Part shown: piece by piece, positions 42,136 to 58,150 of the stretch | Position numbering within the stretch: position 1 is the stretch's first letter | How the letters are laid out: each line of letters opens with the position of its first letter | NCBI GenBank assembly: GCA_964016885.1 | Contig: OZ024742.1 | Span: 354,578,001-354,642,000 of the forward strand | DNA from: Eledone cirrhosa | Lineage: Eukaryota | DNA length: 64,000 nt | Reading direction: 5' to 3' | Position numbers and translations under genes: made by a program | Notes under the pieces: generated by a model | Seen by the model: the letters and a program-made list of their open reading frames with translations, nothing else | Told to the model about the DNA's origin: nothing | Databases searched by the model: none

Positions 42136-43557
42136 CATCATCATCATCAACATCAACATCGAGGCTACACGTACTTTTGTCGTCGGAATGTCAAGATCAG
42201 AATGTTGTTTTATTTTGGTGACATCGTTTATATATTTATTTCCAACGTTTGAAAACAGTAATTGCTTATCGACCGGGAATGATTTCTTTCTTAGATGTAA
42301 GCGGAGGACTTTTTCAACTTTCATGTTTTCATAAGCTACCCCTTTGAAAAATATCGAAAATATTTGTATAAAAAAGTATTACCAACTCATATCAAAATAA
42401 TTTGACAAGGAGCCCTACCGACTTCAAAGTGAGAGACAACTTGATTCTATTTCTACACTTCGTAGCTGACGTTGACCTGGCCATAACAAACAGTAGAAAT
42501 TGACAACCTAAGTCCGCCACCATCATCACCTACAATTAAAACTATAATAAAGTAAGGATTCCGTCCACAATATATATTTTTTATCCCATTTGTAAAATAA
42601 GTTGGATTACTTTGAATAAATAATGAATGAATATTACATAATTTATCTACTAAATTTCGTTCTTCTTGATTATATATGAATAATTTTGTTGGTTATTTTA
42701 AGATTCACTTCTTTAAAATTTTCAAATGTCAACACTTCCGGTTAGCGATCGCTTATATAAACATTCATATATTTCCGTCACTAATTTTCTCCTAATGCAG
42801 TTTATATATAATATCGTTTTTTTTAAATGTATCATGGATTACGTTACTGATTACATGAGACAATGTAACGCAGTCTTCGTTCAATTCCTGTGTATTTTGT
42901 CAATTACGATTTTATTTGATGTATCATATACACATGCATATATACTTGCGTATAATATTAATATACACACTACACGTGCTAGCAGAAAGCCAGCCGAAGG
43001 GTCGTTTTTCTGCTAGTAACAATAAAACGATGAAAAACATAAACAACACTGCCAGTAATAACATGAGCATAAAATTCATACGATGATCACTTCCGCCAAA
43101 CCCAACAGAAATATTTGAAATGGTGACACCCACGGAAAGAAAATAGTGAAATTTAGCGAAATAATTGCCTGTCACCACTAATGCTAACAAAAAATAACCC
43201 CACTTGCTTTAATGGCAACTTGAAGTGACATTAGCGGCGACAACGCCAATAACGGTTCTTATATAAAACGATATAACTTGAGATTATATTGTTCTGTTTA
43301 AACAAATGTTTAAGGAGTTTAAGTTGCTATCATTAGGTATTAGTTTTAATCTCACTGCCAGGTATATCTCATAAGGTTGGGTCGACACATGTCTTGATCC
43401 TAATCTATTCGGATGCTCATCGAATTGGTTGGACTTATTTCACAGGCAAAATCAGCTGACAGGTAACCATAGCAAGGTGGTTGAATAATATCCATGAGCT
43501 TGGCTGGTCTCGCTTTGGGGAGCCAGGTGACCACGGTTGCTTCTGACAGGACCTGCT

Positions 43558-43721
43558 GGAAGAAGAAGAAGAAGAAGAAGAAGAAGAAGAAGAAGAAGAA
43601 GGAGGAGGAGGATGAGGAGGAGGAGGAGGAGGAGAAGAAGAAGAAGAAGAAGAAGAAGAAGAAGAAGAAGAAGAAGAAGAAGAAGAAGAAGAAGAAGAAG
43701 AAGAAGAAGAAGAAGAAAAAT

Positions 43722-43765
<44 letters not shown>
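43558..43765. repeat. (AAG)n/(GAG)n/(AAT)n compound microsatellite
   Basis: Direct inspection; left flank of the LINE. Confidence 0.95.
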
Positions 43766-43767
<2 letters not shown>

Positions 43768-46700
43768 GAAAGGGGCCAGAACCAACTGGACGAAAGAATT
43801 GAATAGAACTGTTATGCAATGCTACCTGAAAAGTAACCCCAAGGAGAGGGGCTACAGGAGACGGATGCATAACATCTGGAACGAGATTGGTTTATTTAAA
43901 TTAGATGAACAAAAATTGGCCGGGCAGGCTCGGGTAATAAGAACTAATGGGTGGATAAGCGAGCTGGAACTGGAGGAACTGAGCAGAGAGAATGGCTTGG
44001 AGATGGCGGGTGTAGTATGCCAGACAAGCGAGCCGGCGGGAAATGAAGGTGAGGAGGTCCTGAGAGCGGAGGAACCACCCGAAGCAGACAATGATCTGAA
44101 TACTGAGATAAATAATACCTGGAACAGAGATACGGCCACTGAGGAGATGAATGCTGACGGGCTAGGACAAGATTCGGTTGACATCCTAAATTTAGTGGTA
44201 GATGAGTTGAACAATGATAGTGGGAGACCTATGAACCTAAGATTTGTAGACAGGAAAAAGTTAAAAGAAACAACAGCTAAGGTAAACAAAGTCATCCCAT
44301 ACCTTGAGGCGAGGAGTCTTCACCAGTGCAACAATATCCTCAAAGCAACAGCAAATACGGTGAGGAAACTACTTGGTATAAAAGCGAGAGGAAACAACAG
44401 ACAAGAAAGAGCAGAGCCGTGGTGGAAGAAGCGACTGAGTGGGCAAATCGGGGAAATGAGAAATGACATAGGAAAGCTTGAGTCACTACTGAATGGGACA
44501 CTAAAAAACATAGGCACTAAAAATAGACTGGAAATAAAATACAAAACTAGGAGTAAAAAGCTAAATATTATCATAGAGGAATTGAAGCAACGCATTGTAG
44601 CAAAGAGTGCCAAAATCAGGCGATACGAGAACAGAGTCAGTCAGTATAAACAGAACCGCATGTTCGACAACAACCAGAAGATGCTGTTTGGACAGCTTGA
44701 GGGGAAAGATAGAGGCACCGACTTGATCCCTGGGGCGGAACAAGCTAAAACATTCTGGAGAGGAATATGGGAGCAGGATGTTAGACACAATGCCCAGGCA
44801 GGGTGGATTGAGACAGTACAGAGGGAGATCGGTGAGCAGGCACAGCAACAGACTGATTTGAGTATCACAGTTGAAACTCTTAAGGGGCAAGCCAAAAAAC
44901 TAACCAACTGGAAATCACCAGGCCCAGATGGTGTGCAGGGGTATTGGATTAAACATTTAACATCCCTCCACCCGAAGCTGACGGCCATGTTCAATGACTG
45001 CTTGGTGTCGGGTGAGGTGCCAGAGTGGTTGACAAAAGGTACCACAGTTCTGATAATGAAAGACCGAATCAAGGGTAATGATGTTACCAACTATAGACCT
45101 ATCACATGTCTGCCCGTAATGTGGAAACTGTTGACGAGCATTGTGTCTGAGGAAATCTACCATCACCTCCACACAAACAACTTGTTGCCGGACGAACAGA
45201 AAGGATGCCGAAAGAAGTCACGTGGTACAAAGGACCAGTTGCTTATTGATAAGATGGTAATGGGGAATTGCAGGAGGAGACACACTGATCTTGCCATGGG
45301 ATGGATAGACTACAGAAAGGCATTTGACATGGTGCCTCATTCCTGGATCACCAAAAGCCTGGAGATCTTCAGGGTGGCAGATAACATCAGACAGTTGCTG
45401 GGCAGGAGTATGGGGTCCTGGGAGACAGAGTTGACATCAACTGGAGTATCCTTGGGAAGCGTGAAGATCAAGAGAGGTATCTTCCAGGGAGATAGCCTGT
45501 CCCCTCTGTTGTTTGTCCTTGCCCTGATGCCCTTGACCATTATGCTGCGAAAAGTGAGAGCAGGATACAAGTTGGGAAGGGGAGAGCTTACCATCAATCA
45601 CCTCCTCTTCATGGACGATCTTAAGCTCTTCGGGAAAAGTGCGAAGGAGTTGGATGTGCTTGTTGACACTGTCCGTATTTTCAGCAGTGATATATGTATG
45701 CAGTTTGGTATTGGTAAATGTGGAGTCATTGTGATGAGGAGGGGTAGGTTGAGCAGAAGTAACGGGATCCAGATACCAACAGGTGAGATGATAAAGGAAA
45801 TTGACTCTGAGGAAGGATACAAGTATTTGGGCGTTCTGGAGGCTGATGGCATAAAGAACAAAAAAATGAAGGAATTGTTAAGAACTGAATACATTCGGAG
45901 AGTAAGGAGCGTATTGAAGTCACATCTGAACAGCAGAAATGCCATAAGCGCAGTAAATTCCCGAGCTGTGTCTATTATTAGGTACAGTGCGGGAATTCTG
46001 AGATGGAATGTTGCTGAACAAAAAGAAATGGATAGGAAGACTAGGAAGCTATTGACTATCTACAACATGTTCCACAAGAGGAGTGATGTCGATAGACTCT
46101 ACCTAAGGAGATCTGAGGGTGGAAGAGGTCTTATCAGCATAGAGGACTGTGTTCAGATGGAGAAAAACAACCTATACAAATACGTGACCTATAGTAAGGA
46201 GCCAATGCTCAGAGCTGTACTGAAGGAGGGGACAGTAGGCCAGGGGATACCCAAGGAGGAGATAACATCAAGGAGGAAGAGCAGCCTTAAGGGAAAATCC
46301 CTTCATAGTACCTTCTTTGAGAAAACTGAATTTAGAGATCCACAGACATGGAACTGGTTGAGAAGAGGAGACCTCAAAAAGGCTACAGAAGGAATGCTAA
46401 TGGCTGCGCAGGAGCAGGCCCTCAAAACGAAGTGGTTGAAGCACCATATCTACAAGGAGGAGGCTAGCCCACTGTGCAGGATCTGTGGAGAGAGAGAGGA
46501 GACTGTGGCTCACATTGTGTCCGAGTGTAAACACCTAGCCCAGACCCACTATAAGGGCTGGAGACACGATGTGATGGGCAGGGTGATCCACTGGCACCTG
46601 TGCAAAGTAAACAATCTACCACATTCTGAGAAATGGTATGAGCATAGGCCAGAGGCGGTGATGGAGAACAGTCAGGTGAAGGTGCTGTGGGATTTTAGGA

Positions 46701-47121
46701 TACAGACGGACAAAAAACTGGAACACAATAGACCTGACCTGGTGGTTGTGGACAAAGAAAAAAGATCGTGCCTGATTGTGGATGTGGCCTGCCCGTTCGA
46801 CACGAGAGTGCAAGAGAAGGAGAGGGAGAAAATTAACCGATACCAGGACCTAAAGTGGGAGGTGAAAAGGATTTGGAACTGCCATGAAGTCAAAGTGATC
46901 CCGATTGTCATAGGCGCACTGGGGACTATCTCCAAAGGTTTCCAGGGATGGTTAAAGAAAATCGGCCCCTTCACGCTTTTTGGAACGCTTCAAAAGGCAT
47001 GCTTGCTTGGAACGGCAAGAACCCTCCGATACGTCCTGAATATCTGAGGCTGCAGGTAGTGGCTTGATATTCAATCCAACGGACTTTCCAGTTAACCAAC
47101 ATCAATGACTGAGATTCAAGG
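43766..47121 (+). mobile_element. R4/Dong-clade RLE non-LTR retrotransposon inserted in (TAA)n
   Basis: Single ORF with RT-CCHC-RLE; ~75-bp 3' UTR; (AAT)n directly on both sides. Confidence 0.88.
43799..47047 (+). CDS. Reverse transcriptase / CCHC zinc knuckle / restriction-like endonuclease polyprotein (1082 aa)
   Basis: NWKSPGPDG, NYRPITCL, WIDYRKAFDMVPH, RGIFQGDSLSPLLF, LLFMDDLKL, YKYLG, CRIC..ETVAHIVSEC, RHD, RPDLVVVD..VDVA; no stops; frame is open from 43766. Confidence 0.93.
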   Translation: MNRTVMQCYLKSNPKERGYRRRMHNIWNEIGLFKLDEQKLAGQARVIRTNGWISELELEELSRENGLEMAGVVCQTSEPAGNEGEEVLRAEEPPEADNDLNTEINNTWNRDTATEEMNADGLGQDSVDILNLVVDELNNDSGRPMNLRFVDRKKLKETTAKVNKVIPYLEARSLHQCNNILKATANTVRKLLGIKARGNNRQERAEPWWKKRLSGQIGEMRNDIGKLESLLNGTLKNIGTKNRLEIKYKTRSKKLNIIIEELKQRIVAKSAKIRRYENRVSQYKQNRMFDNNQKMLFGQLEGKDRGTDLIPGAEQAKTFWRGIWEQDVRHNAQAGWIETVQREIGEQAQQQTDLSITVETLKGQAKKLTNWKSPGPDGVQGYWIKHLTSLHPKLTAMFNDCLVSGEVPEWLTKGTTVLIMKDRIKGNDVTNYRPITCLPVMWKLLTSIVSEEIYHHLHTNNLLPDEQKGCRKKSRGTKDQLLIDKMVMGNCRRRHTDLAMGWIDYRKAFDMVPHSWITKSLEIFRVADNIRQLLGRSMGSWETELTSTGVSLGSVKIKRGIFQGDSLSPLLFVLALMPLTIMLRKVRAGYKLGRGELTINHLLFMDDLKLFGKSAKELDVLVDTVRIFSSDICMQFGIGKCGVIVMRRGRLSRSNGIQIPTGEMIKEIDSEEGYKYLGVLEADGIKNKKMKELLRTEYIRRVRSVLKSHLNSRNAISAVNSRAVSIIRYSAGILRWNVAEQKEMDRKTRKLLTIYNMFHKRSDVDRLYLRRSEGGRGLISIEDCVQMEKNNLYKYVTYSKEPMLRAVLKEGTVGQGIPKEEITSRRKSSLKGKSLHSTFFEKTEFRDPQTWNWLRRGDLKKATEGMLMAAQEQALKTKWLKHHIYKEEASPLCRICGEREETVAHIVSECKHLAQTHYKGWRHDVMGRVIHWHLCKVNNLPHSEKWYEHRPEAVMENSQVKVLWDFRIQTDKKLEHNRPDLVVVDKEKRSCLIVDVACPFDTRVQEKEREKINRYQDLKWEVKRIWNCHEVKVIPIVIGALGTISKGFQGWLKKIGPFTLFGTLQKACLLGTARTLRYVLNI

Positions 47122-47499
47122 AATAACAATAACAATAATAATAATAATAATAATAATAATAAGAAGAAGAAGAAGAAGAAGAACACCTTTGTCACACACA
47201 ATCTTTTGATTAACCACCTCAAGAAATACGTGTTATACGTATTTATGAAATTCTCACCCATTTACTCGTTGATATGAATGTGCAGCCTATTCGGCTGATC
47301 GATAAACTGGAAACCGACTGAGAACCATTCCATGTTCTGTTCAAGTACGTAATAATATGAAATTAAAGGATCCTATCAACAACCAATTGTTTCATCTCAT
47401 TATCCACAAGTAACAATTACACATTGCAAAGATTTCTAAATAATATCTTTGAAAAATAGTCTCCTAAGTTCTATCTCAACATAATCATCACAGTCATTG

Positions 47500-47517
47500 T
47501 ACTACTACTACTACTAC

Positions 47518-47561
<44 letters not shown>

Positions 47562-47576
47562 TTGCTGCTGCTGCTG

Positions 47577-47615
<39 letters not shown>

Positions 47616-47619
47616 TTGT

Positions 47620-47653
<34 letters not shown>

Positions 47654-47666
47654 GCTGCTGCTGATG

Positions 47667-47704
<38 letters not shown>

Positions 47705-47745
47705 GCTGCTGCTGCTACTACTACTACTACTACCACCACCACCAA

Positions 47746-47790
<45 letters not shown>

Positions 47791-47819
47791 GACTACAACC
47801 ACCACCACCACCACCACTG

Positions 47820-47885
<66 letters not shown>

Positions 47886-47920
47886 TCACCACCACCACTA
47901 TCACCGTTCCTACTACTGCT
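47500..47920. repeat. (CTA)n/(CTG)n/(CCA)n compound microsatellite
   Basis: Direct inspection. Confidence 0.95.
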
Positions 47921-47947
47921 ACCGGAACTATTGACGATGATAATAAT

Positions 47948-48637
47948 AATTGTTTCTACGTTTTGGCACAAGGCCAGCAATTATCCAGTCCATTACTGGT
48001 ACTTTATTTTATCGACCCCGTAAGAAAGGCAAAATTAACCTCGGCTGGATTTGAACTCATAATGGCAAGGGCCGTAAATCCATGCATCAAGGCAATGCGT
48101 CCAACCCTCTACCGATACTGCCAATCCACCGCCATTGGTAATAATAATTGTTTCTACTTTAGGCACAAGGCCAGCAATTACCCAGTGCATTACTGGTACT
48201 TTATTTTATCGACCCCGTAAGGATGAAAGGCAAAGTCAACCTCGGCGGGATTTGAACTCAGATCATAAAGGGACGTAACTATGCTGGAAAGCATGGCGTC
48301 CGACCCACCATTGGTAATAATAATGATACTGATTTCTTTTATTTACCATAGGGAATCAGATGAAGTAGATATCAACACCATCAACAACAACATTAAACAA
48401 AATAATAATAATAGCAACAACAACAACAACATCAAACACAATAACAATAATAACTGTTTCTACTTTAGGCACAAGGCCAGCAGTTATCCAGTACATTACT
48501 GGTACTTTATTTTATCGACCCCGTAAGGATGAAAGGCAAAGTTAACCTCGGCGGGATTTGAACTCAGACTGTAAAGGGACGTAACTATGCTAGAAGGCAT
48601 GGCATCCAACACTCTACCGATACTGCCAATTCACCGC
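47948..48637 (-). mobile_element. Three SINE copies (47948-48133, 48147-48310, 48453-48637)
   Basis: Reverse complements of the SINE consensus with (TTA)n-like tails. Confidence 0.88.
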
Positions 48638-49747
48638 TCTTTAATAACAATAACACAATAACAATAATAACATCAACAACAACACTAGCAATAACAAAAA
48701 ATAATAATTTTTGGTTACAAACGATAGACACACCATTTGTGAGTTTAAAATAATTTCCATTGACTATAGAAATTTAGACTGCACTAATATCCTCTAAGGT
48801 TAATATGATGATATCAAAGAACCAAGGAAGACATGAACAATATCCCTCTCTTGCTGATTGGTAATGATTTTAATCAAGATTGTATTGTGGAACCCTACAC
48901 TGTGACATTTTTTCTTATAATGAGAAAACTTTTTCAGTTCAATGTTTAGAAAAAAAGAAGAACGGATCAGAAGGCTTACAAATAATAAATCGAATTATAC
49001 CAATTTGTTACAAGAAATATATTCTCTTCTTTGCCAGCCAATGGCTACGTTAGAAAGCTGAAAACCCGCGATGCTCCGTGCTACTTACATCTTCTAAATA
49101 TTTATTCGAAGTAAGAACAACTGGATTTTTCAAATATAAAATTTATTCTGACATTGTATTTAGACGTGAAATAACGCATACATAAACATTTACAAACAAG
49201 GACAAACACACGCATATGTAAAGTTATGATAAACTTATACACATTTACACGTAATATTAGTCTTTTCCAAGAGAGAGAAGATTTTCCCTGGTGGTACTTA
49301 CTCTATAAAGCATCTTTTAGTATCTGAAGCACCTGGATATAATATAAAAACCTTCCTATTGCCGTGTTTTAGAATATTAACTCTCTCTTTTCAATGGTTT
49401 ATGTTCTCAAGTAACTAATGCACATCTACACCAGCAATTGTGTCTCTGAGAAGAATTCATATATCTTTTATACATTTCAAACGATGGTGATATTTTGTAG
49501 TTTGTACAATCTACGAAATTACCGATCACCTTTAGACATTGAATAAAAATATGTTCACATAGAAATAGGTTATGCTTCTAGTAAAAGGTAAATCAAATTG
49601 AGGGTGTGTAGTTACGTAGTTAACTTACCAGCTGCATTGTCCATGTTAACAGTATTGCGTTGATTCTTGTGTAAAGGTTTTCACTGAAGGCGGGTGGTGG
49701 CATACAGAATGACTGTATATAACTCCTATATATATATAGGAATAAAG

Positions 49748-49847
<100 letters not shown>

Positions 49848-50019
49848 CGTCAATACTCATCTTTTTCCATTTATCTGATGGTTTTAAACCCCATTATCAG
49901 GCTAAAATTCCTTTAGTCAAAAATACGGTGAAAGCTATTCTATTTTCTAATTTCACACCTGCTCACTGTTCCAAAAACATACTCACTTATGTATGTATAT
50001 ATATATATATATATATATA

Positions 50020-50656
50020 TAAACGGAAAAAATGAAACGATATTTCATTTCCCACTCTTAGTACGGCTGTTACTTAAATATAAGTATGTACACGTACATA
50101 CATATATGTATACCGACGTACAGTAGTATGTATATATATATATATACATACATGCACACACATATATATGCACGTATGGATTCACCGAACATTTATTATA
50201 ATACTCGGTGTGTTTGTAAACAAACATCCCGTATTAAGCCGTAGTGTCTAGCAACCACCGTTGCTCGTTTGTTAAACACTGACAAAGGAACGCTGTATTA
50301 GTTTCAAGCTTGTTAGCTATCGTCAGCAACGTATACCTTCCTGCCAGATTGTTGAACGTATATACTTACCTTATGCATATTAAGAGCTGAGTAGCCCAAT
50401 TTGCATATCGAGTGGGTTAATCGGCCGGGTGCACCGAAAACGATAAACGGAAAAAATGAAACGATATTTCATTTCCCTCTCTTAGTACGGCTGTTACTTA
50501 AATATAAGTATGTACACGTACATACATATATGTATACCGACGTACAGTAGTATGTATATATATATATACATACATGCACACATATATATATGCACGTATG
50601 GATTCACCGAACATTTATTATAATGCTCGGTGTGTTTGTAAATAAACATCCCGTAT
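50020..50656 (-). repeat. Diverged family A retrozyme-like partial tandem (~425-bp offset)
   Basis: Aligns by eye with 201-660; 50020-50235 repeats at 50445-50656. Confidence 0.82.
50290..50332 (-). ncRNA. Hammerhead, diverged family A variant
   Basis: ACGUUG-CUGACGA-U-AGCU(AACA)AGCU-U-GAAA-CUAA-UA-CAGCGU; stem I changed on both strands but still pairs; stem III mismatched. Confidence 0.7.
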
Positions 50657-51196
50657 TGAAAAAATCGTTTTTTTTGCATTGTGTTTTCCCCTCCAAATAT
50701 TCGCTTATATTTCTTTATATATTCTCTATATATTTTTTTATCCTTATTTTGTTATCTTTATTATTTCCACTTTCATCCTCCTTTATATTTTACCTTATTC
50801 TTACTTTTATACCTTATTATGGTGTAATCTTCCCCATGCCTTATTATACACTATTAATTATAGATTATTAGTATTACTCTTTTTCCATTTCTAATTACCT
50901 CATGTACTTTCTCCTCCGCTATATATATATATATATATATTGTATGCCCTTTGTGTTTGTGTAGCCTCTGCGCACCCTCTGCACCATACTATCGACGCCA
51001 CCCCATCTATGGTTCAGCAAACCATCCGACTCCCGGGAATGAATATGACCGCAGCTAGTAAACAAGGACCCACACCCCACCCTCCCGCAACAAACTTAGA
51101 CTTATCGTCCCCTACTTTTGCTGTTTACTCTCTTTACTCTTTGTTCTTGAATCTTTGGTTGGTAGAGTCCATAACACCAATCAAACCCCTTTTATA

Positions 51197-51242
51197 GCTC
51201 TGACGAATCCTACGGTTACGTAAGGAAGAAACATTGTAAGAC
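51197..51242 (+). ncRNA. Hammerhead (stem I decayed)
   Basis: CUGACGA-A-UCCUACG(GUUA)CGUAAGGA-A-GAAA-CAUUG-UA-AG. Confidence 0.6.
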
Positions 51243-51282
51243 AATAAAAATCTGTTGATGTTGTAGACGCTCTTGTGTTCTT

Positions 51283-51315
<33 letters not shown>

Positions 51316-51318
<3 letters not shown>

Positions 51319-52527
51319 CATTTCTGAATTTGTTTAGCAAGATTCTTTATCTGAAAACATGTGTTGAAACCGATATTGTTATACTTCGGGAGGGTCATCT
51401 TGCCAATAAGAAACACACGCACCACCAGCTTTCACTTCAATTTATTATAATAAATTTATAAATTTAGGAATTTATGAATTTCCGGTTGGTTGGTTGGTTC
51501 CACAACTAGATAGTCGTTTACATATTGTCAAAGTTCTTTCATCACATATTCTGTCAGCGCTTCAGTGACTGGGGATTCTTTTCTTTGTTTTTTGTGCCTC
51601 TCCTTTGTTCTGTCCTGCGCCATCTTCTTTTTGTGTGTGTTGAGTGCTTAGTTGCGCATGTGTTACATGCGGGTGTATGTGTGTGTTTATATTCGTTTAT
51701 TTATTTGTTTATTTACATGTTACTTGTTGGTTGTTTGTTCTATGTGAGTGTGTGTTTTCATTTTGTCCTTAATTGTGAGTTGTGATGTTGCTGTTCCACT
51801 CATGTTTTCTATTTAATTTTGGTTGTAATTCATTTATGTTTATTACCTCTGTGATTTGTCTAAACATTGCGTCTTTTCTGTGTGTAGATTCTATTTTTAT
51901 TTCTATGTTCTCTAATTTACCCTTATGTTCTATTTTAGCATGTTGGTAGAGTACAGATGATTCTTTACTATCTTGAAGGTCTCGCCAATGTTCATTTATC
52001 CGGTCCCCTATACTACGAGCTGTCTCACCCATGGACACTGTATTTTATCTCTACATTGTCCTTCAGTACATCTTATGCTATATACTATGTTTCTAGTTTT
52101 ACAGTTAATATGGGGGCTTAATTTACAGATTATACAATTCTTATTTATACAGGGAGGTCTTTGAAAAGGGTCTGTCTTGCTAATAAGAGTTTTTATGGAG
52201 GTACCTTCTCTTTCTACTATCTTAATATTGAGTTTATGTTTATCTAGGTCCCTTCTGAATTTGTAAGCTAATTCACCTCTAGGGGTTTTATCGATGAACA
52301 TTACACTCTGGTATTTATTGCTGTCATACCATGAGTTTATTCTATTAGCCTTATTCCTAGTTATTTCTATTCTATTAAAAAATGTGCTCCTATACAAGGG
52401 GCAAGTCACATTTGTGTCATTATTTACCATTTTTTCCCATTTGTTTCTGGCTCCTCTATACACTATGATTTTATCTCTCTGATTGTAACCAGAGAACTGC
52501 ATACGGAGGATGAAGTGTTGTATGTGT
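51316..52527 (-). mobile_element. 3' fragment of a Penelope-like element (GIY-YIG + pLTR), relative of 18783-23085
   Basis: SGYNQRDK, CIICK..NCKTRNIVYSIRC, GETARSIGDRINEH, RQITE..PKLNRKHEW; pLTR matches 5695-5950. Confidence 0.9.
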
Positions 52528-52717
52528 GTGTATAGTTGGAATTTCTTTTAATAATATAATCTTCTATACACAATCATGCACACATGTGTATATTTATTTA
52601 CATCTATCTATCTATCTATATATATATCTATCTATCTATATATCTATCCCTCGCTCTTTCTCTCTCTCTCTATCTCTCTCATTCTCTCTCTATATATATA
52701 TATATAAATAGATAGAT

Positions 52718-53785
52718 AACTTTGTTTTTATTTGCAACCAGGGCGTCAAAGGTGGGACATTTACAATGGGGGGAGTTTATATAAAAAGGCGTCCTCAATA
52801 AGTAGGAGTCAACAACAAAATATAAAAATATAAAAATATAAAATATAACAAAAATAAATTGAATAACAAAATCTTCAATAGGGAGGAGGCGCCTTGGGGG
52901 GTCGCACACACCCCCGGAAATGTGTTCAACCCTTCTCCTCAGGAGCACAGAGAAAATGTGCACCCTTGATCTTTCATCTATCTCACCTACAGTCTGATGT
53001 AGAGGGAAGGCCCATTCACACGGGCCATTCTCGCCACTTTCAGCCATCTTTCACAAACATGGCTGGGGTGCAGCAACTATCTCTACATCCTGATCCTTCT
53101 TCCGAAATGATATCGGAAGAAACGGTCCAGTTGTTGGCCAGAGAGAAAGGTGTCTTACGTCAGTCCTTTCAGACGCGCCCACCATACAACATCTTTCACC
53201 GTCACTATTACGCACATAAACACCGCTTCTCATTCGTTTTTGAAGACGGGAGGCGGCTTGATCGTTATAATGACTCGGTGGCCAACCGGATCGGTCCCAC
53301 CCGTGACAGCAGTCGTTCGACATAGCCTCACAGATCGGCAATGCCCGAACAGTGTTCCAATGCGTGTGCAACGGTTTCCTCGTCGCACAGCATCTAGGAC
53401 AGATTTTTTTCGAGGGATCCCTGCCCGGACCGCGTGTCTGTAGAGCTTTACTCGAACGGGCAGATCTCCTCAGTAGCACTGCCAGGCCATGTACATCTGG
53501 TAGTTATCCATAGGTCCCGGGCTGAATGTCCTACCGAACAGGTTGGCCAGATCGTTTCTCTCCATGCCTAGGGGTTCTCCGAGGGCTTCATCACACCTGC
53601 TAACCACCAGCCCTCTATAGAATGACGAGATGGATTCTCCACTGACAGCCGGGTCCACCTGCCAGAGACCCGTGAGCGCCTGGGCACACACGGTGTGCCA
53701 GGCGTCCAGTTTTCTCGGTCTTTGCTTGACCCAGAACTGCAGCTCAGTGAGCGAGACGAGACTATGGTAATAACTTGATATACCA
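52718..53785 (-). mobile_element. 3' fragment of a Tx1/L1-type LINE ORF2
   Basis: AWQCY*GDLPVRVKLYRH, CPRC..ETVAHALEHC across a frameshift, then AATAAA and an (ATCT)n tail. Confidence 0.7.
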
Positions 53786-54643
53786 GACAACTAGTCTACG
53801 ATTTCCCGCCTTCACTTCACACCAGCGAACATACGGGTCACTTTTACGACCATTAGACTCGTGTCAGTTGGGGACGAGGTCATATATTTTATCGTTCCTG
53901 AGGTTTTTAACCGTAGGAAAGGAAAATGCTTCTCTGATGATCTTTGTTTTTCCATTAATATCCATGTGATATCTAATGTTTTGCAAAGTGAAACTGTACA
54001 GTAAGGGCTATCTGAATATGTAAATATTTATATTATATTTTTTAATTTTGGTTAATTTTAATTGTAAATTAATTTTGTTTTATTTTGAAAAATTGGTTAA
54101 ATTTTGCTTGTTCTGCTTATCTTGATATTAAGTTCTGGTATATCAAATTATTACCATAGAACCACCTTGAATCATAGACAACCTATGTATTTCTGGGGGT
54201 ACCTTTTACTTTCAGATATATTAACTTTATTTATATTCTCCGGTATGTAGAGAACAAATCTGTCGTTCTATCTAGCTGCTATTTTTTTAGTGGCGACTAT
54301 AGACAACAAGTCTACAATTTCCCGCCTTCACTTCACACCAGCGAACATACGGGTCATTTTTAAGACCTTTAGACTCGTGTCAGCTGGGGACGAGGTCATA
54401 TATTTTATCGTTCCTGCGGTTTTTAACCCTAGGAAAGGAAAATGCTTCTCTGAGTATCTTTGTTTTCCCATTAATATCCATGTGATATCTAATGTTTGCA
54501 ATGTGAAACTGTACAGTAAGGGCTATCTGAATAGGTAAATATTTATATTATATTTTTTAATTTTGATTAATTTTAATTGTAAATTAATTTTGATTTATTT
54601 TGAAAAATTGGTTAAATTTTGCTTGTTCTGCTTATCTTGATAT
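53785..54643 (+). repeat. HHR-bearing partial tandem, 516-bp offset
   Basis: 53785-54128 is repeated at 54301-54643; ends in (TA)n. Confidence 0.85.
53928..54008 (+). ncRNA. Type I hammerhead with long stem II loop
   Basis: GCUUCU-CUGAUGA-U-CUUUG...CAAAG-U-GAAA-CUGUACAG-UA-AGGGC; second copy (~54444) has a mutated core CUGAGUA. Confidence 0.68.
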
Positions 54644-54653
54644 ATATATATAC

Positions 54654-54779
<126 letters not shown>

Positions 54780-55027
54780 GTATATATATATTTTTTTTTT
54801 TCTATTTATTTATTTATTAAAATAACAGGTTAAAGATTAAGCAAAGATTAGCTGCTTTCACTCTTAACGGAATCTTCTGAAACCGTTTCAGAAGATCCCT
54901 TTAAGTGTGAAAATCAGTTATTCTTATTTTAATAAATGTAGGGTTCTTATATATTTTATATATATTTATCCTTATCGAGCCCTCTTTGAATGTTAGTTTT
55001 TACATTTATTATTGTTACTATATACAA

Positions 55028-58133
<3,106 letters not shown>

Positions 58134-58150
58134 TCATTCATGTTTCATTC

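Noticed and set aside
42730-43100. ETS-like CACTTCCG motifs as a promoter
   Set aside because: Short motifs expected by chance; no linked gene or transcript evidence
43400-43870. Poly-K/R/F ORFs, and poly-S/V/L ORFs at 47471-48023
   Set aside because: Trinucleotide microsatellite translations
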